Shown here piece by piece: positions 20,095 through 29,262 of a stretch of DNA of 64,000 bases; position 1 is the first letter of the stretch; each line of letters opens with the position of its first letter. The notes beneath the pieces were generated by a model. It was not told the DNA's origin. It saw only the letters and a program-made list of their open reading frames with translations, and did not search any database. Source of the DNA: a virus; the IMG/VR virus record IMGVR_UViG_3300045988_159911. One strand, given 5' to 3'. The position numbers were made by a program, and so were the translations under genes.

Positions 20095-20508
20095 CTACTT
20101 TTGAAAGATGAGCGTTACCCCCAACGGGATGTCGTACAGAATCCTTTCGCCGTCATAATCCAAAAGCTTCTTTTCATCGTTTTCTGACACAAGTTCAATA
20201 AAAGTGTCTTCGACGATATATGTGCCGGTTACTTCAAATGCTTTTCCGTTTTCACTACGAACCATGTGGACTGATCCGTCTTTTGTAAACCTTAGAGTGG
20301 TTTCGCTCCATTCAAGTAGAGAGTAACCACATTGCTCACAGAGATCCATAACATCTGATGCGTCATACACTGTGCCATCATACTCATATTCGCTTACTTT
20401 CCAAGTGCCTGACACAGACGAATCTGTCTTCGTGCAAGAAGCACATAGTACCAAACAGATGAAGGTTAGGAACACTACAATTATTTTGTTACGCAACATT
20501 GTAGTCAC
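20095..20508 (-). CDS. Lipoprotein
   Basis: Signal peptide plus lipobox (LVLCASC) at the N-terminus; 137 aa. Confidence 0.5.
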   Translation of the reverse strand: MTTMLRNKIIVVFLTFICLVLCASCTKTDSSVSGTWKVSEYEYDGTVYDASDVMDLCEQCGYSLLEWSETTLRFTKDGSVHMVRSENGKAFEVTGTYIVEDTFIELVSENDEKKLLDYDGERILYDIPLGVTLIFQK

Positions 20509-21462
20509 CTACCTTGTAAACGCCGCTTTCCAACACTCGTAGTCGTCTTCAAGATCACGACGAATACCGTTGGCAAGCTTATTCCTGGTGTAGTTACGGT
20601 GGTACTGGTGGTCTGTTTTACCCATACGCTCAACAATGAATGCGTCGAAATTCACTGGCTCTCCAAACCTTTCCATCTCATAGGTCTTATAGAAGAGGCC
20701 AGACAGACGGATTTTACCATACGATGTTTCAATACCTTCGGCCTTAAACTTCTTACCAATGACTGCCCTTATGGTAGTGAGCTTGATCTGAGCGGAACGA
20801 ATTCCTCTCAAAAGATGCTCGCCCGGATACCTGTTACGATACCCACCCTGCTTACCATCAGTATAGTTTGGGTTAACATAGCGAAACTCTGTAGCGTTGC
20901 AGGCCATCTTAAAGGCAGGAACTGCTTCACGATAGATCTCATAAGACTTTCCGCCATGTTCAATCGTCATGGTGTCAAAGTCTACTTCATCGACTGTTAC
21001 CTCAATCGCTTCTGCTTCTTCAATGCCTGCAAAACCCATCCAGAGATAACATCTGTATAGACAGTCTACTGTTTCGCTTGCTACCGGTTCAAAGATCTTA
21101 TTGAGTATGGCTTCGAGATGGATTGGAGAAGCTATCATCATGCGTTTCATCTTCTCGTCCATCTCAGTTTTCAGCTCATACACATCGCTACAGGTAGGAT
21201 AACCTTGTTCTTTGCACCAGCCGACATACGATCTCAAAAAGGCTATGGTTGAGTCCGTCGTTCTTGTACGGGAGCCAAACTTCGCATTAGCAATAGGCTG
21301 TAGGATGTCCACAGTAAGTTCGCAGAGATCCTTTTCCTCTTTCTGCTCATAGGGCTCTATGGTGTTGAACACAGACTTGCCAAAGTCTACTGAACTTCTC
21401 ATTTCGGTCAAAAACCGCATCTTTCGCTCTTCGTTATACATGGGAACCTCCTTACGCAGCAC
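20509..21462 (-). CDS. Hypothetical protein; weak, divergent resemblance to a tyrosine recombinase
   Basis: 317 aa with faint integrase-like blocks (SAM-like N-terminal domain, HLLRGIR, HQYHRNY), but the catalytic Arg is absent. The call is not secure. Confidence 0.25.
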   Translation of the reverse strand: MLRKEVPMYNEERKMRFLTEMRSSVDFGKSVFNTIEPYEQKEEKDLCELTVDILQPIANAKFGSRTRTTDSTIAFLRSYVGWCKEQGYPTCSDVYELKTEMDEKMKRMMIASPIHLEAILNKIFEPVASETVDCLYRCYLWMGFAGIEEAEAIEVTVDEVDFDTMTIEHGGKSYEIYREAVPAFKMACNATEFRYVNPNYTDGKQGGYRNRYPGEHLLRGIRSAQIKLTTIRAVIGKKFKAEGIETSYGKIRLSGLFYKTYEMERFGEPVNFDAFIVERMGKTDHQYHRNYTRNKLANGIRRDLEDDYECWKAAFTR

Positions 21463-21886
21463 AACAGTTCAGCCGGACGGCTGCCTGCCATACCTCCAGC
21501 AGATCGCTCTCGTTCAGAAACGAGATAGCTGCTGTGGCAAGCAGGTTCGCTGCTGCGATTTTCTTCATATACTCGTCGGGAAGTCTTGTCAGAAACTTTC
21601 CGATCCTCGCCTTAGACATTTTTTCGGGGTTCTCACACAAAACCATGCTGTCTCTCCGCAGACCGGTGTCTGCAGCGAGCACGACCACATGGGTCGGCTG
21701 GTTTGTTTTCTTGATAGAGCTGGTGAGTGGAAGTGCAATCACATTAGGGCTGTGTGCATTACCGACATTATTCTGAAACACCACGCCAGGTCTCCATCCG
21801 CTTTGCTCGTTCCCGCTACCCTCAAACTTCATCAGGTAGACATCTCCGATCACCGGAGCCATACTACTCTGCCGATTCTCGCTCAT
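21452..21886 (-). CDS. mazF: MazF/EndoA (PemK) family endoribonuclease toxin
   Basis: VIGDVYLMKFEGSGNEQSGWRPGVVFQNNVGNAHSPNVIALPLTSSIKKTNQPTHVVV...GLRRDSMVLCENPEKMSKARIGKFLTRLPDEYMKKI aligns closely with B. subtilis EndoA ([59 protein letters not shown]...). RBS GGAGGA lies 8 nt before the ATG at 21886. Confidence 0.8.
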   Translation of the reverse strand: MSENRQSSMAPVIGDVYLMKFEGSGNEQSGWRPGVVFQNNVGNAHSPNVIALPLTSSIKKTNQPTHVVVLAADTGLRRDSMVLCENPEKMSKARIGKFLTRLPDEYMKKIAAANLLATAAISFLNESDLLEVWQAAVRLNCCAA

Positions 21887-21934
21887 TCTTCAGTTCCTCC
21901 TATGTCGAGTCCTCTTTCCTCCTGTTGTGACCCA

Positions 21935-21963
21935 ATTATAGCACGAACTGACGCGTATGTCAA
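21935..21963 (-). promoter_or_regulatory. Consensus sigma-70 promoter driving the mazF-like gene
   Basis: Minus strand reads TTGACA, a 17-nt spacer, then TATAAT. The -10 element is about 49 nt upstream of the mazF ATG. Confidence 0.6.
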
Positions 21964-21981
21964 TACTTATTTATGAAGTTT

Positions 21982-22311
21982 TTAGTAGCATTTCAAAGAA
22001 AATTTTACGGGGACAGGCGCATTTGCCAGAGAATGGTCGTTGCACAAGAGGATAAAACCCTTTTCTTTGGCGTTAGAGCCATGTTTTTTGATGGTTTCCA
22101 CATGGCTAAGGCATAGTTTCGCATCACTATTTTTCAAGGCGATATAAGGTGATGCAGACAGACTTATGGCAATGTGGTCAAAGTGGATAGAGAAGCTTAA
22201 CGGCGTAAGCGGATCTTCGTATGTAAGGAGAAAATGGTTGTACGGCTCTGTTTCGGTTCTAAACCGCCCCAGAGAAATGGTAGAATTCATGCAGCATACC
22301 TCCAGAAGCAC
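21982..22311 (-). CDS. Hypothetical protein, divergent from the repressor gene (cro-position gene without an evident HTH)
   Basis: 109-aa ORF transcribed away from the repressor. Confidence 0.3.
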   Translation of the reverse strand: MLLEVCCMNSTISLGRFRTETEPYNHFLLTYEDPLTPLSFSIHFDHIAISLSASPYIALKNSDAKLCLSHVETIKKHGSNAKEKGFILLCNDHSLANAPVPVKFSLKCY

Positions 22312-22485
22312 TTGATTTTTCGCGGCTATCGTGATACACTACAAGCGTTAAGCTGCATATGTGGTAGTGTGCAACTTAGCTTGCAGTTCCTTGCGAGCTG
22401 CAATACCAGGTTTTGATACAACGACCTGGACTTTCCTTGAGGGCGGGCATTTCGGTGCTCGTCCTCTTCTTATATGTACTACAGC

Positions 22486-22560
22486 TCTTGACACAAACAG
22501 TCTTTTGTGATAACATAGCCATATCAAACAACTGTTTGTGTTCCCTATATTAGCACAAGC
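22486..22560 (+). promoter_or_regulatory. Repressor promoter with two palindromic operator-like sites
   Basis: TTGACA, 17-nt spacer, TAACAT. Two palindromes, CAAACAGTCTTTTGTG and CAAACAACTGTTTGTG, overlap and follow the -10 element. Confidence 0.5.
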
Positions 22561-22607
22561 AGGAAATCATGTCAAGACCTTGATAGTCTCAAAATTAGGA
22601 GGCAGTT

Positions 22608-23402
22608 ATGAATTTTAGTGAAAACTTAAAGAGCATCCGAAGCGATGCCGGAATGACACAGAAATCCCTTGGCGAGAAGATCGGCGTTACTTCGGTCACT
22701 ATCGGGAACTGGGAGCGTGGCGTCCGGCAGCCTTCGTTTGAGCTGCTTCCCAAACTCGCAGACGCTCTTGATACAAGCGTTGATGCGTTGCTTGGAAAAC
22801 ATAGAACCGCCAGGAGGAACCTTGCGGAAGAGGAACTATTAGCAAACTACAGACAACTTGACGCACACGGTCAAAAACTTGTTCGTATCATATGCAACAC
22901 AGAACTTGAACGGTTAAAGCCGCGCAAACCAGAGGTTATTCGGTTCCAAGAGAAGAAACAGGAGAGAAAGGTCGCCAGAAAACACAATCGATACATCCCG
23001 TTTTACCTTACACCACCCGCAGCGGGCATTGCTGTTCCGCTTGAGGGCGATGAATTTGAGATGCTTCTGGCTGACGACTCTGTGCCGACAGATGCAGACT
23101 ATGCCGTTTGCATTTCTGGCGACAGTATGGAACCTTATATCCATGACGGAGAAATGGTGTTTGTTAAAGAGACGCAGGAATTATACGATGGTGATGTCGG
23201 TATTTTCTGTGTAGATGGCGCAATGTATTGCAAACAATACTATGTTGACGAAGAAAGAAACCTACACTTGCTGTCTGCAAACCCAAACAGGATAAACGCA
23301 AACATCTATGTAGATGGCGAAAGCGGGTCTTCTGTTAAATGCTGTGGCAAGGTTTTGCTTGGTAAGACAATACCGTTGCCTGATTATTTTGAAGAAGATT
23401 AA
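22608..23402 (+). CDS. CI/LexA-like repressor (N-terminal XRE HTH plus C-terminal S24 peptidase)
   Basis: N-terminal HTH (LKSIRSDAGMTQKSLGEKIGVTSVTIGNWERG); C-terminal AVCISGDSMEPYIHDGEMVFVK...CKQYY with the S24 Ser/Lys dyad. RBS AGGAGG. Confidence 0.85.
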   Translation: MNFSENLKSIRSDAGMTQKSLGEKIGVTSVTIGNWERGVRQPSFELLPKLADALDTSVDALLGKHRTARRNLAEEELLANYRQLDAHGQKLVRIICNTELERLKPRKPEVIRFQEKKQERKVARKHNRYIPFYLTPPAAGIAVPLEGDEFEMLLADDSVPTDADYAVCISGDSMEPYIHDGEMVFVKETQELYDGDVGIFCVDGAMYCKQYYVDEERNLHLLSANPNRINANIYVDGESGSSVKCCGKVLLGKTIPLPDYFEED

Positions 23403-23403
23403 A

Positions 23404-23432
23404 GAAGAGGGGTGCAAACCCCTCTTTTTTAT
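23404..23432. terminator. Bidirectional terminator between convergent genes
   Basis: AAGAGGGGTgcaaACCCCTCTTTTTT hairpin plus T-run. Confidence 0.5.
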
Positions 23433-24082
23433 CATGGTATTGAGCAACTCCCCAACACTTCTTTTCTGTCAAATTCAAACATACGCTCTCCATTTGCAGG
23501 ATCATTTTGGTGCTGCGGATGGGTTCCTTCCCAATAATACGCTTCTTTTGCAAGGTGCTGATGATAATAAAGCTTAACCTTGGCACCCTGCAGGCGCATT
23601 AACTTCAAAATTGTTTCAGCATACTCATAGGCACTTTCTCCCAAGTCGCGGGTTCCATTTCTCACATAGGCTTTATACCCAAAGGTAGCGGCCAGCATAG
23701 AGACTTTTCCCCTATTTGCGAGCATAATATCCAAAGCTATCGTTTGATTTTTTCTCAAAATCTCACGAGCCTGTTTATGATTAACAACCCCTACGATCTG
23801 ACTTTCATTCAGTACAAAATCCCCATCTAACAGATACCGCCAATGTTCCATAGTTGAAAGCACTTTGGAGATCTCCTCGCGTACCGCTGTATAGTTGCGC
23901 TCATCTGCAATACAGCGTTCCAACCTCGCTTCAAGATCCTTATCAACATAAAGGTCTTCCCAATCTGAAATTATACTATCTCGTTTGCTCTTTTCGCGAT
24001 CAAATGCAGCGGCTTTGGACTTATCGCTACCTACTTTGCATAGTACAATCGCAATCAGAACCAGTGCTAAAATCAAACTCAT
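23432..24082 (-). CDS. Membrane-anchored hypothetical protein
   Basis: N-terminal transmembrane helix (MSLILALVLIAIVLC) followed by a soluble domain; 216 aa. Confidence 0.35.
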   Translation of the reverse strand: MSLILALVLIAIVLCKVGSDKSKAAAFDREKSKRDSIISDWEDLYVDKDLEARLERCIADERNYTAVREEISKVLSTMEHWRYLLDGDFVLNESQIVGVVNHKQAREILRKNQTIALDIMLANRGKVSMLAATFGYKAYVRNGTRDLGESAYEYAETILKLMRLQGAKVKLYYHQHLAKEAYYWEGTHPQHQNDPANGERMFEFDRKEVLGSCSIP

Positions 24083-24097
24083 ATGGTAACTCCTTGG

Positions 24098-24328
24098 TTA
24101 TGCGATAGCTCTGTCGATGTGATCTTTTGCTTCATCAATGCTACTGATAGCATCTTCCAAATGATCGATTGCTTCTTCCATTGCTTCGCATCTTTCGCTG
24201 CTCTGGAGGTTTTCCGGCATATTATCCAGTGCATCCTGTTCTTCATCTTTGGCGTCTCGAATCAAGTCAATTGCCATATCGAGATAACTTGCGGCAATCT
24301 TAATGGATGAACGACGGCGCTTATTCAT
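24098..24328 (-). CDS. Small acidic helical protein
   Basis: 76-aa ORF. Confidence 0.3.
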   Translation of the reverse strand: MNKRRRSSIKIAASYLDMAIDLIRDAKDEEQDALDNMPENLQSSERCEAMEEAIDHLEDAISSIDEAKDHIDRAIA

Positions 24329-24331
24329 GCG

Positions 24332-24700
24332 TTACACCGCCTTCCAAAGACCTGCTACACTCACCTCAATAATCAAATCTCCGCTCTTGGAAGCGGAGAC
24401 ATCGATTGAGTCAACCATCGCCAGTAGTTCTGAGAACAGGTCAAGTCCCTCTCGGAACAGATCTACGGCAGGAACCTCCGCCACAATTTTTACTTTGTCA
24501 ACACCACAAACATCGGTGTTCTTGATACCGCCATCATTCTGGAGAGCAAACTTTCTGAACTTTTTATAGGTGTTCAGCACACGCTTATACACCTCGTTGT
24601 TCATAGTGTATTTGCCCTCGTATTCTGCAGCGACAGCTTCAATCTTTGCCGCCACAGGTGCTGCAATGTCGACGGTTACTGTGAAATTCTTTTCAGACAT
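24332..24700 (-). CDS. Hypothetical protein
   Basis: 122-aa ORF. Confidence 0.35.
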   Translation of the reverse strand: MSEKNFTVTVDIAAPVAAKIEAVAAEYEGKYTMNNEVYKRVLNTYKKFRKFALQNDGGIKNTDVCGVDKVKIVAEVPAVDLFREGLDLFSELLAMVDSIDVSASKSGDLIIEVSVAGLWKAV

Positions 24701-24765
24701 AGCATCTTCCTCTTTTCTTGCATACTCTTATATTATAGCCGAAATTACGGTATTTTTCAACCGAA

Positions 24766-25425
24766 TCACAGCATTACAAGGCACTTGATATCCAGTTTAA
24801 CAGGAGCGCCCTTAGGCAGCATAGAAGCAAGAGAATTACAAATCATCTCTCTGTTAAAGTTGCCGGAGAAACTCAGTGTAAACTCCGTCATGGCCATATC
24901 AGGTGACTGCGTCGCGTTATCCAGATCAATAAACGCTTCAGTCTTAGCCGGCTCCTGTTCTTTCTTTGCCACTACAACTTCTTCCTGAGGAGCAACTACA
25001 CCGCAAAACTCTTCAAAAGCCTTACGCTTTTCCTTGGACATACGCTTACCAGGAGAGAAGCGGATACCAATTTCCTCGTGCCCACAGTGCTTTGTTACCG
25101 TCTGAGGAGTAATACCAAACATCTTTGCCAAATCAGAAGCAGTTGTCTGGTATTCGTCAATCAGATTGAGCAGGTATTCCTTCTGGATATGTATAGGGAG
25201 TTCACAAAAATCTTGCCACATAATGGGCTTTCTAAAATTATAGGTCACTGTTTTACCACACCTTTCTAACCACTGTTTATGCGTCAGACGATCTGAGCTA
25301 AGATTGCATTTCTTGCTCTTACTGCCGCGCTTGCGATATCTTGCTTGGTTTGCAAGCTTTTTCTTTTCTCTTACATCATCATTGAATATCCAATCAACGC
25401 GTTCTACTTCCTGCATAGGCAACAC
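24766..25425 (-). CDS. HTH-containing DNA-binding protein
   Basis: Putative HTH ASDLAKMFGITPQTVTKH; basic N-terminus. Confidence 0.4.
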   Translation of the reverse strand: MLPMQEVERVDWIFNDDVREKKKLANQARYRKRGSKSKKCNLSSDRLTHKQWLERCGKTVTYNFRKPIMWQDFCELPIHIQKEYLLNLIDEYQTTASDLAKMFGITPQTVTKHCGHEEIGIRFSPGKRMSKEKRKAFEEFCGVVAPQEEVVVAKKEQEPAKTEAFIDLDNATQSPDMAMTEFTLSFSGNFNREMICNSLASMLPKGAPVKLDIKCLVML

Positions 25426-25428
25426 CTC

Positions 25429-25842
25429 TTAAGAAGATTGATAGCTGTACACCCCTTTGCGTGTATCAGCGCTTTCTCTGCCAGCGCAGAGCTTTGACGG
25501 ATCAAAATCCTCGTAGGTAATAACGGCAGGACAATGCTGACACTTGCCTTCGAAAAAGTAGGCATCCCAAAGATCATCGCCGCTTTCACCCTCACCGTGC
25601 AGACAGAAGAGGAGTTCAGGAAAACGCTTGGAGAGAAGACACATATCTTCTTCCCAATCGTACCACTTGGCATTTGCATAGTATCCATACTCAATATCGC
25701 CGCCGCCATCGAAGATGTTCATCTTTTCGATTTCATCTTCAAGACTTACAAGTGTAATATGAGGAATAGTTGCAGTTGTGTAAGAGTCGGCGCCAACCGT
25801 ACAAATTGACGCTGTAAGTGTGTAATCGGTGTAGTAACCCAT
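25429..25842 (-). CDS. Hypothetical protein
   Basis: 137-aa ORF. Confidence 0.3.
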   Translation of the reverse strand: MGYYTDYTLTASICTVGADSYTTATIPHITLVSLEDEIEKMNIFDGGGDIEYGYYANAKWYDWEEDMCLLSKRFPELLFCLHGEGESGDDLWDAYFFEGKCQHCPAVITYEDFDPSKLCAGRESADTRKGVYSYQSS

Positions 25843-25845
25843 AGT

Positions 25846-26988
25846 TTATCTCCTTTGCAGCTTCTTCACTGAATCTGCGATGACATGAGCTGCCTCGCAA
25901 ATCTCCTCGTTCGTTGTAAACACAGAAAATGAAACACGGATTGAACTTCTCGCCTCATCGTCTGACAAACCAATCGCAGTCAACACATGGCTTGGAACTG
26001 CAGAATGGGCAGAACAGGCAGAGCCGGCAGATACAAAAATTCCTTTATTGTTGAGTAGAAGGAGCAAAGTTTCCCCATCCACTCCATCAAAGAAAAGATT
26101 GACTGTTTTTGAACCATCATGGGGGCAACCGTTAATCTGAACCTCACCCAGTTCTTTGGTGAGTTCACTCAAGAAAAGCTTACGCTTGTCTGCATTCTTC
26201 TGTTTGCTTGTAGGATCTTCGAATGCGGCCTCGGCAGCTTCTCCCATGCCGACAATAGACGGAACATTTTCCGTTCCAGACCGAAGCGTCTGCTCCTGAC
26301 CTCCGCCAAGAATGATTGGTTGAAGAAGTTCTTTGTGTTTTGCGTATAAAAAACCCACGCCCTTTGGAGCGTGGAACTTATGACCGGAGACTGAAAGAAA
26401 ATCGATATGATCCCTTTCCACATCAATATCCATATTGCCATATGCCTGGACACAATCTGTATGGAAGAAGATGCCATACTTCTTACACTTTGCTCCGATC
26501 CTCTGGATGTCATAGGAATTTCCCGTTTCATTGTTGACTGCCATCACGGACACAAGACCGGTATTTTTCCTAATCTTCCTGGTGAGTTCGGCGGTATCCA
26601 ATTCACCGTCTTTACCCATAGCCAAATACTCGACTTCAAAACCACTATAAAACAGGTATTTCATAGCCTCCAAAACGGAGGGATGCTCTACCGGAGTAGT
26701 AAGCACATGAGTTTTTCCAATGGATTCGAGGTGTTTTGCCAAACCCACGATTGCCAGTGTGTTTGCTTCTGATCCACCAGAAGTGAAGATAATATCTTCT
26801 GGGTCAGCATTGATTGGCCTTGCACACTGTTCCCTTGCTTTCTGCATTGCTTTTGCCGCATCTGCTCCCATCGTGTGAATGCTTCCTGCGTTACCATACA
26901 TTTCTGTGAAATACGGGAGCATAGCATTTACCACTCGCTGAGAGACCTGTGTGGTTGCGGCATTATCCAAATAGATCGTGGGAACCAC
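25846..26988 (-). CDS. Cysteine desulfurase (NifS/IscS-like, class V aminotransferase)
   Basis: SGHKFHAPKGVGFLY PLP-lysine motif; N-terminal LDNAATTQ; C-terminal SAGSACS catalytic-cysteine loop. Confidence 0.8.
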   Translation of the reverse strand: MVPTIYLDNAATTQVSQRVVNAMLPYFTEMYGNAGSIHTMGADAAKAMQKAREQCARPINADPEDIIFTSGGSEANTLAIVGLAKHLESIGKTHVLTTPVEHPSVLEAMKYLFYSGFEVEYLAMGKDGELDTAELTRKIRKNTGLVSVMAVNNETGNSYDIQRIGAKCKKYGIFFHTDCVQAYGNMDIDVERDHIDFLSVSGHKFHAPKGVGFLYAKHKELLQPIILGGGQEQTLRSGTENVPSIVGMGEAAEAAFEDPTSKQKNADKRKLFLSELTKELGEVQINGCPHDGSKTVNLFFDGVDGETLLLLLNNKGIFVSAGSACSAHSAVPSHVLTAIGLSDDEARSSIRVSFSVFTTNEEICEAAHVIADSVKKLQRR

Positions 26989-26994
26989 CTCCCA

Positions 26995-27483
26995 TCAATG
27001 GTTATCGTTATCGGTGTGCAGCGTTACACCGGCACCGAAGATAAATTCCTTGATGTCGGTATTGTACTCATGCAGGAAATCATCCAGAGTACGATAATCT
27101 TCGCGACTCTGATGGTCAATATAACCATCTGAAGGATCAAGCCAAAGCCCCTTGCAGTTTGCATATTCTGCAACGACCTCATTGATACGGTCAAAATCAC
27201 GCGTTTCAATGAAGTTCTTAATATCCTCTTCGTTGGTTACATCATCATAGCACGACTCGTTACAGCCATTCAGGCAGCGAGCCATTGTCAGCAGATAGCT
27301 CAATCTGGTTTCCTGATCGGTGTAGTCCCAGACCTCCCAACCAAACTCGCCAAACTCTGCATGGACATATCCGTCCTCGCTGACATACAAATAATTGGTG
27401 GACAATCCCTTACTGTGGTCAACGGTCACAGAATGGGTGCTACTGGAGTTTGTTTCAAAAACTCCTCTGCGAATTTGTTTCAT
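26995..27483 (-). CDS. Member 1 of a paralogous family with the conserved N-terminal motif RRGVFETNSSSTHS
   Basis: MKQIRRGVFETNSSSTHSV...; paralogs at 42898..43194 and 43359..43916. Confidence 0.5.
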   Translation of the reverse strand: MKQIRRGVFETNSSSTHSVTVDHSKGLSTNYLYVSEDGYVHAEFGEFGWEVWDYTDQETRLSYLLTMARCLNGCNESCYDDVTNEEDIKNFIETRDFDRINEVVAEYANCKGLWLDPSDGYIDHQSREDYRTLDDFLHEYNTDIKEFIFGAGVTLHTDNDNH

Positions 27484-27737
27484 TACTTTTCAGCCTCCTT
27501 TACATCAAGCTGTGCGGCAAGATCCAAGGCGCGGCACTTCCAGGCATCTGCATCTGTAACTACGCAATCCTCTCCGACTGCCAAGCCAACAACTGCTTCG
27601 TCCTGATAATGGTTGTCCTTAAAGAACGAAACCCTCAGCTTCATAGGCTCCTGAGTGTCGTCGTAGTCTACAACAATGCTGTCGCATCCCGCAGCCTTGT
27701 TCGGGTCGATGTTCAATTCTCCAATTCGTCTGTACAT
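27483..27737 (-). CDS. Hypothetical protein
   Basis: 84-aa ORF. Confidence 0.3.
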   Translation of the reverse strand: MYRRIGELNIDPNKAAGCDSIVVDYDDTQEPMKLRVSFFKDNHYQDEAVVGLAVGEDCVVTDADAWKCRALDLAAQLDVKEAEK

Positions 27738-28213
27738 TCTTTGTAATACTCCTCTATCGGCATAGATTCATAATATCCGGTGGTCTCACCGTTCTTACCC
27801 TTGGGAACACAGTCATCGCAAAATGGACAAATCCAGTCTAAGGTGATACGGGTTGCAGGCTTACCACAGCGAATGCAAGTGTAAGCCGAAAGGTTTTCGT
27901 ACTTGGGGATAATCTCTCGCAGCATCTTCTCGGTACAGCCGTGGTCATACCATCGCAGAGCACCAAACTTTTCTTTGATTTGAGTGATACGGTACTTATC
28001 AAGATACCCAATTTTGACCAGCTCCTGTCGGATCTCCTCACACATCTGCTCGCCAAATGCAATTCGCCATCCATCGGGCATAGCATCAAGCTCGGTGTAT
28101 GAATAGTCGTAGTCTTCAGGAACTTTATCCGTCCACCGATTATGCGGCAAAAGGAACGGGTATCTCTCAATGAGCTTTTTGTTCTGTTCCTTTGTCATAT
28201 CCATCGTTATCAC
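27713..28213 (-). CDS. Cys-rich hypothetical protein
   Basis: 166 aa with CIRCGKP...CPFCDDC. Confidence 0.35.
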   Translation of the reverse strand: MITMDMTKEQNKKLIERYPFLLPHNRWTDKVPEDYDYSYTELDAMPDGWRIAFGEQMCEEIRQELVKIGYLDKYRITQIKEKFGALRWYDHGCTEKMLREIIPKYENLSAYTCIRCGKPATRITLDWICPFCDDCVPKGKNGETTGYYESMPIEEYYKECTDELEN

Positions 28214-28219
28214 CTCCGT

Positions 28220-28711
28220 TTAATACAGCGTCCACCAGTAGTCAAAGCACTTTCTGTACTGGTTTCCGCGATAAACCTCTTTGCTTCTGCGGACAATTTT
28301 GTTGGAGTAACGCTTCCAATATCTTTGGGCGTTGGAATTCTTGGGGTACTTGATGTACTTGCCAACAGGCTGCCATTTGCCGTCCACCCAGTCCCAATCT
28401 ACATACCCTGCCATAGGGTTGTATCCGCAGTGGTTGATGATCCACATCAGATCATCTCTATGTTTGATTGCCATTGTACGGCGGTACTCCATTCCGGTTT
28501 TGCGTTTACCCTTTTTCTTCTTGCAGGGCTTGTCCACATATGCGTCTTCGCAGCAACCGCTGATAAAGAACTCTGTCTGTACTTTATCGCATCCACAGTA
28601 TTCAAACTGGGGATCGTATCCGCCCTCTTTGGCGGCACGAAGACGGTGTTCAACACCTTCGCTGATCGGACATTCATCGCAGGCAAAATAACAGTTGCCA
28701 ACATCGATCAT
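28220..28711 (-). CDS. Cys-rich hypothetical protein
   Basis: 163 aa with multiple Cys pairs (CYFACDEC, CGCD, CC...C). Confidence 0.35.
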   Translation of the reverse strand: MIDVGNCYFACDECPISEGVEHRLRAAKEGGYDPQFEYCGCDKVQTEFFISGCCEDAYVDKPCKKKKGKRKTGMEYRRTMAIKHRDDLMWIINHCGYNPMAGYVDWDWVDGKWQPVGKYIKYPKNSNAQRYWKRYSNKIVRRSKEVYRGNQYRKCFDYWWTLY

Positions 28712-28731
28712 TGGAGCACCTCCTTTTAGGT

Positions 28732-29250
28732 TTACATTACGATTCCTGGATCGTGATCACAGGCATCTCTGCATGACCACTCTCTTTCGTTGCCAAAATT
28801 CATCACACACTTGTAGTGTTCAGATGCCAAATTATCAATGAGGCAGTCATTGTTCAGAACAGCATCTTTGCTTGTTCCTCTTTCCTCGAAATATGTATCA
28901 TCTTGATTGGAGAGATAGGAAATGATATCGTGCTCGGCTTCATCTCTCGAAAAACCAAAACCCTTTCCATAGAACTTGCGAAGAGAACTGATACGCTCCA
29001 GAACATAGGTCGTATTTGCCGTTTCAATGGAAAGAATTTTGCCGCCCTCTGACTCACTCCAGTCAACAACCGTTGAAGTGTGAAGACGATGGAATCTTCC
29101 CATATCGTATTCTGGTTCAAACTTGATAAAACCGCGCTGACCCTTTTCAAGCGCAATGATATAACAGCGGCGGCCAAGAACATCGTAATGGATTTCTTTC
29201 ATCACGCCATCCTTGGGCTTTACCTCTTTGAAAACATAATCGTTACACAT
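28732..29250 (-). CDS. Hypothetical protein
   Basis: 172-aa ORF. Confidence 0.35.
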   Translation of the reverse strand: MCNDYVFKEVKPKDGVMKEIHYDVLGRRCYIIALEKGQRGFIKFEPEYDMGRFHRLHTSTVVDWSESEGGKILSIETANTTYVLERISSLRKFYGKGFGFSRDEAEHDIISYLSNQDDTYFEERGTSKDAVLNNDCLIDNLASEHYKCVMNFGNEREWSCRDACDHDPGIVM

Positions 29251-29262
29251 TTGGGCACCTCC

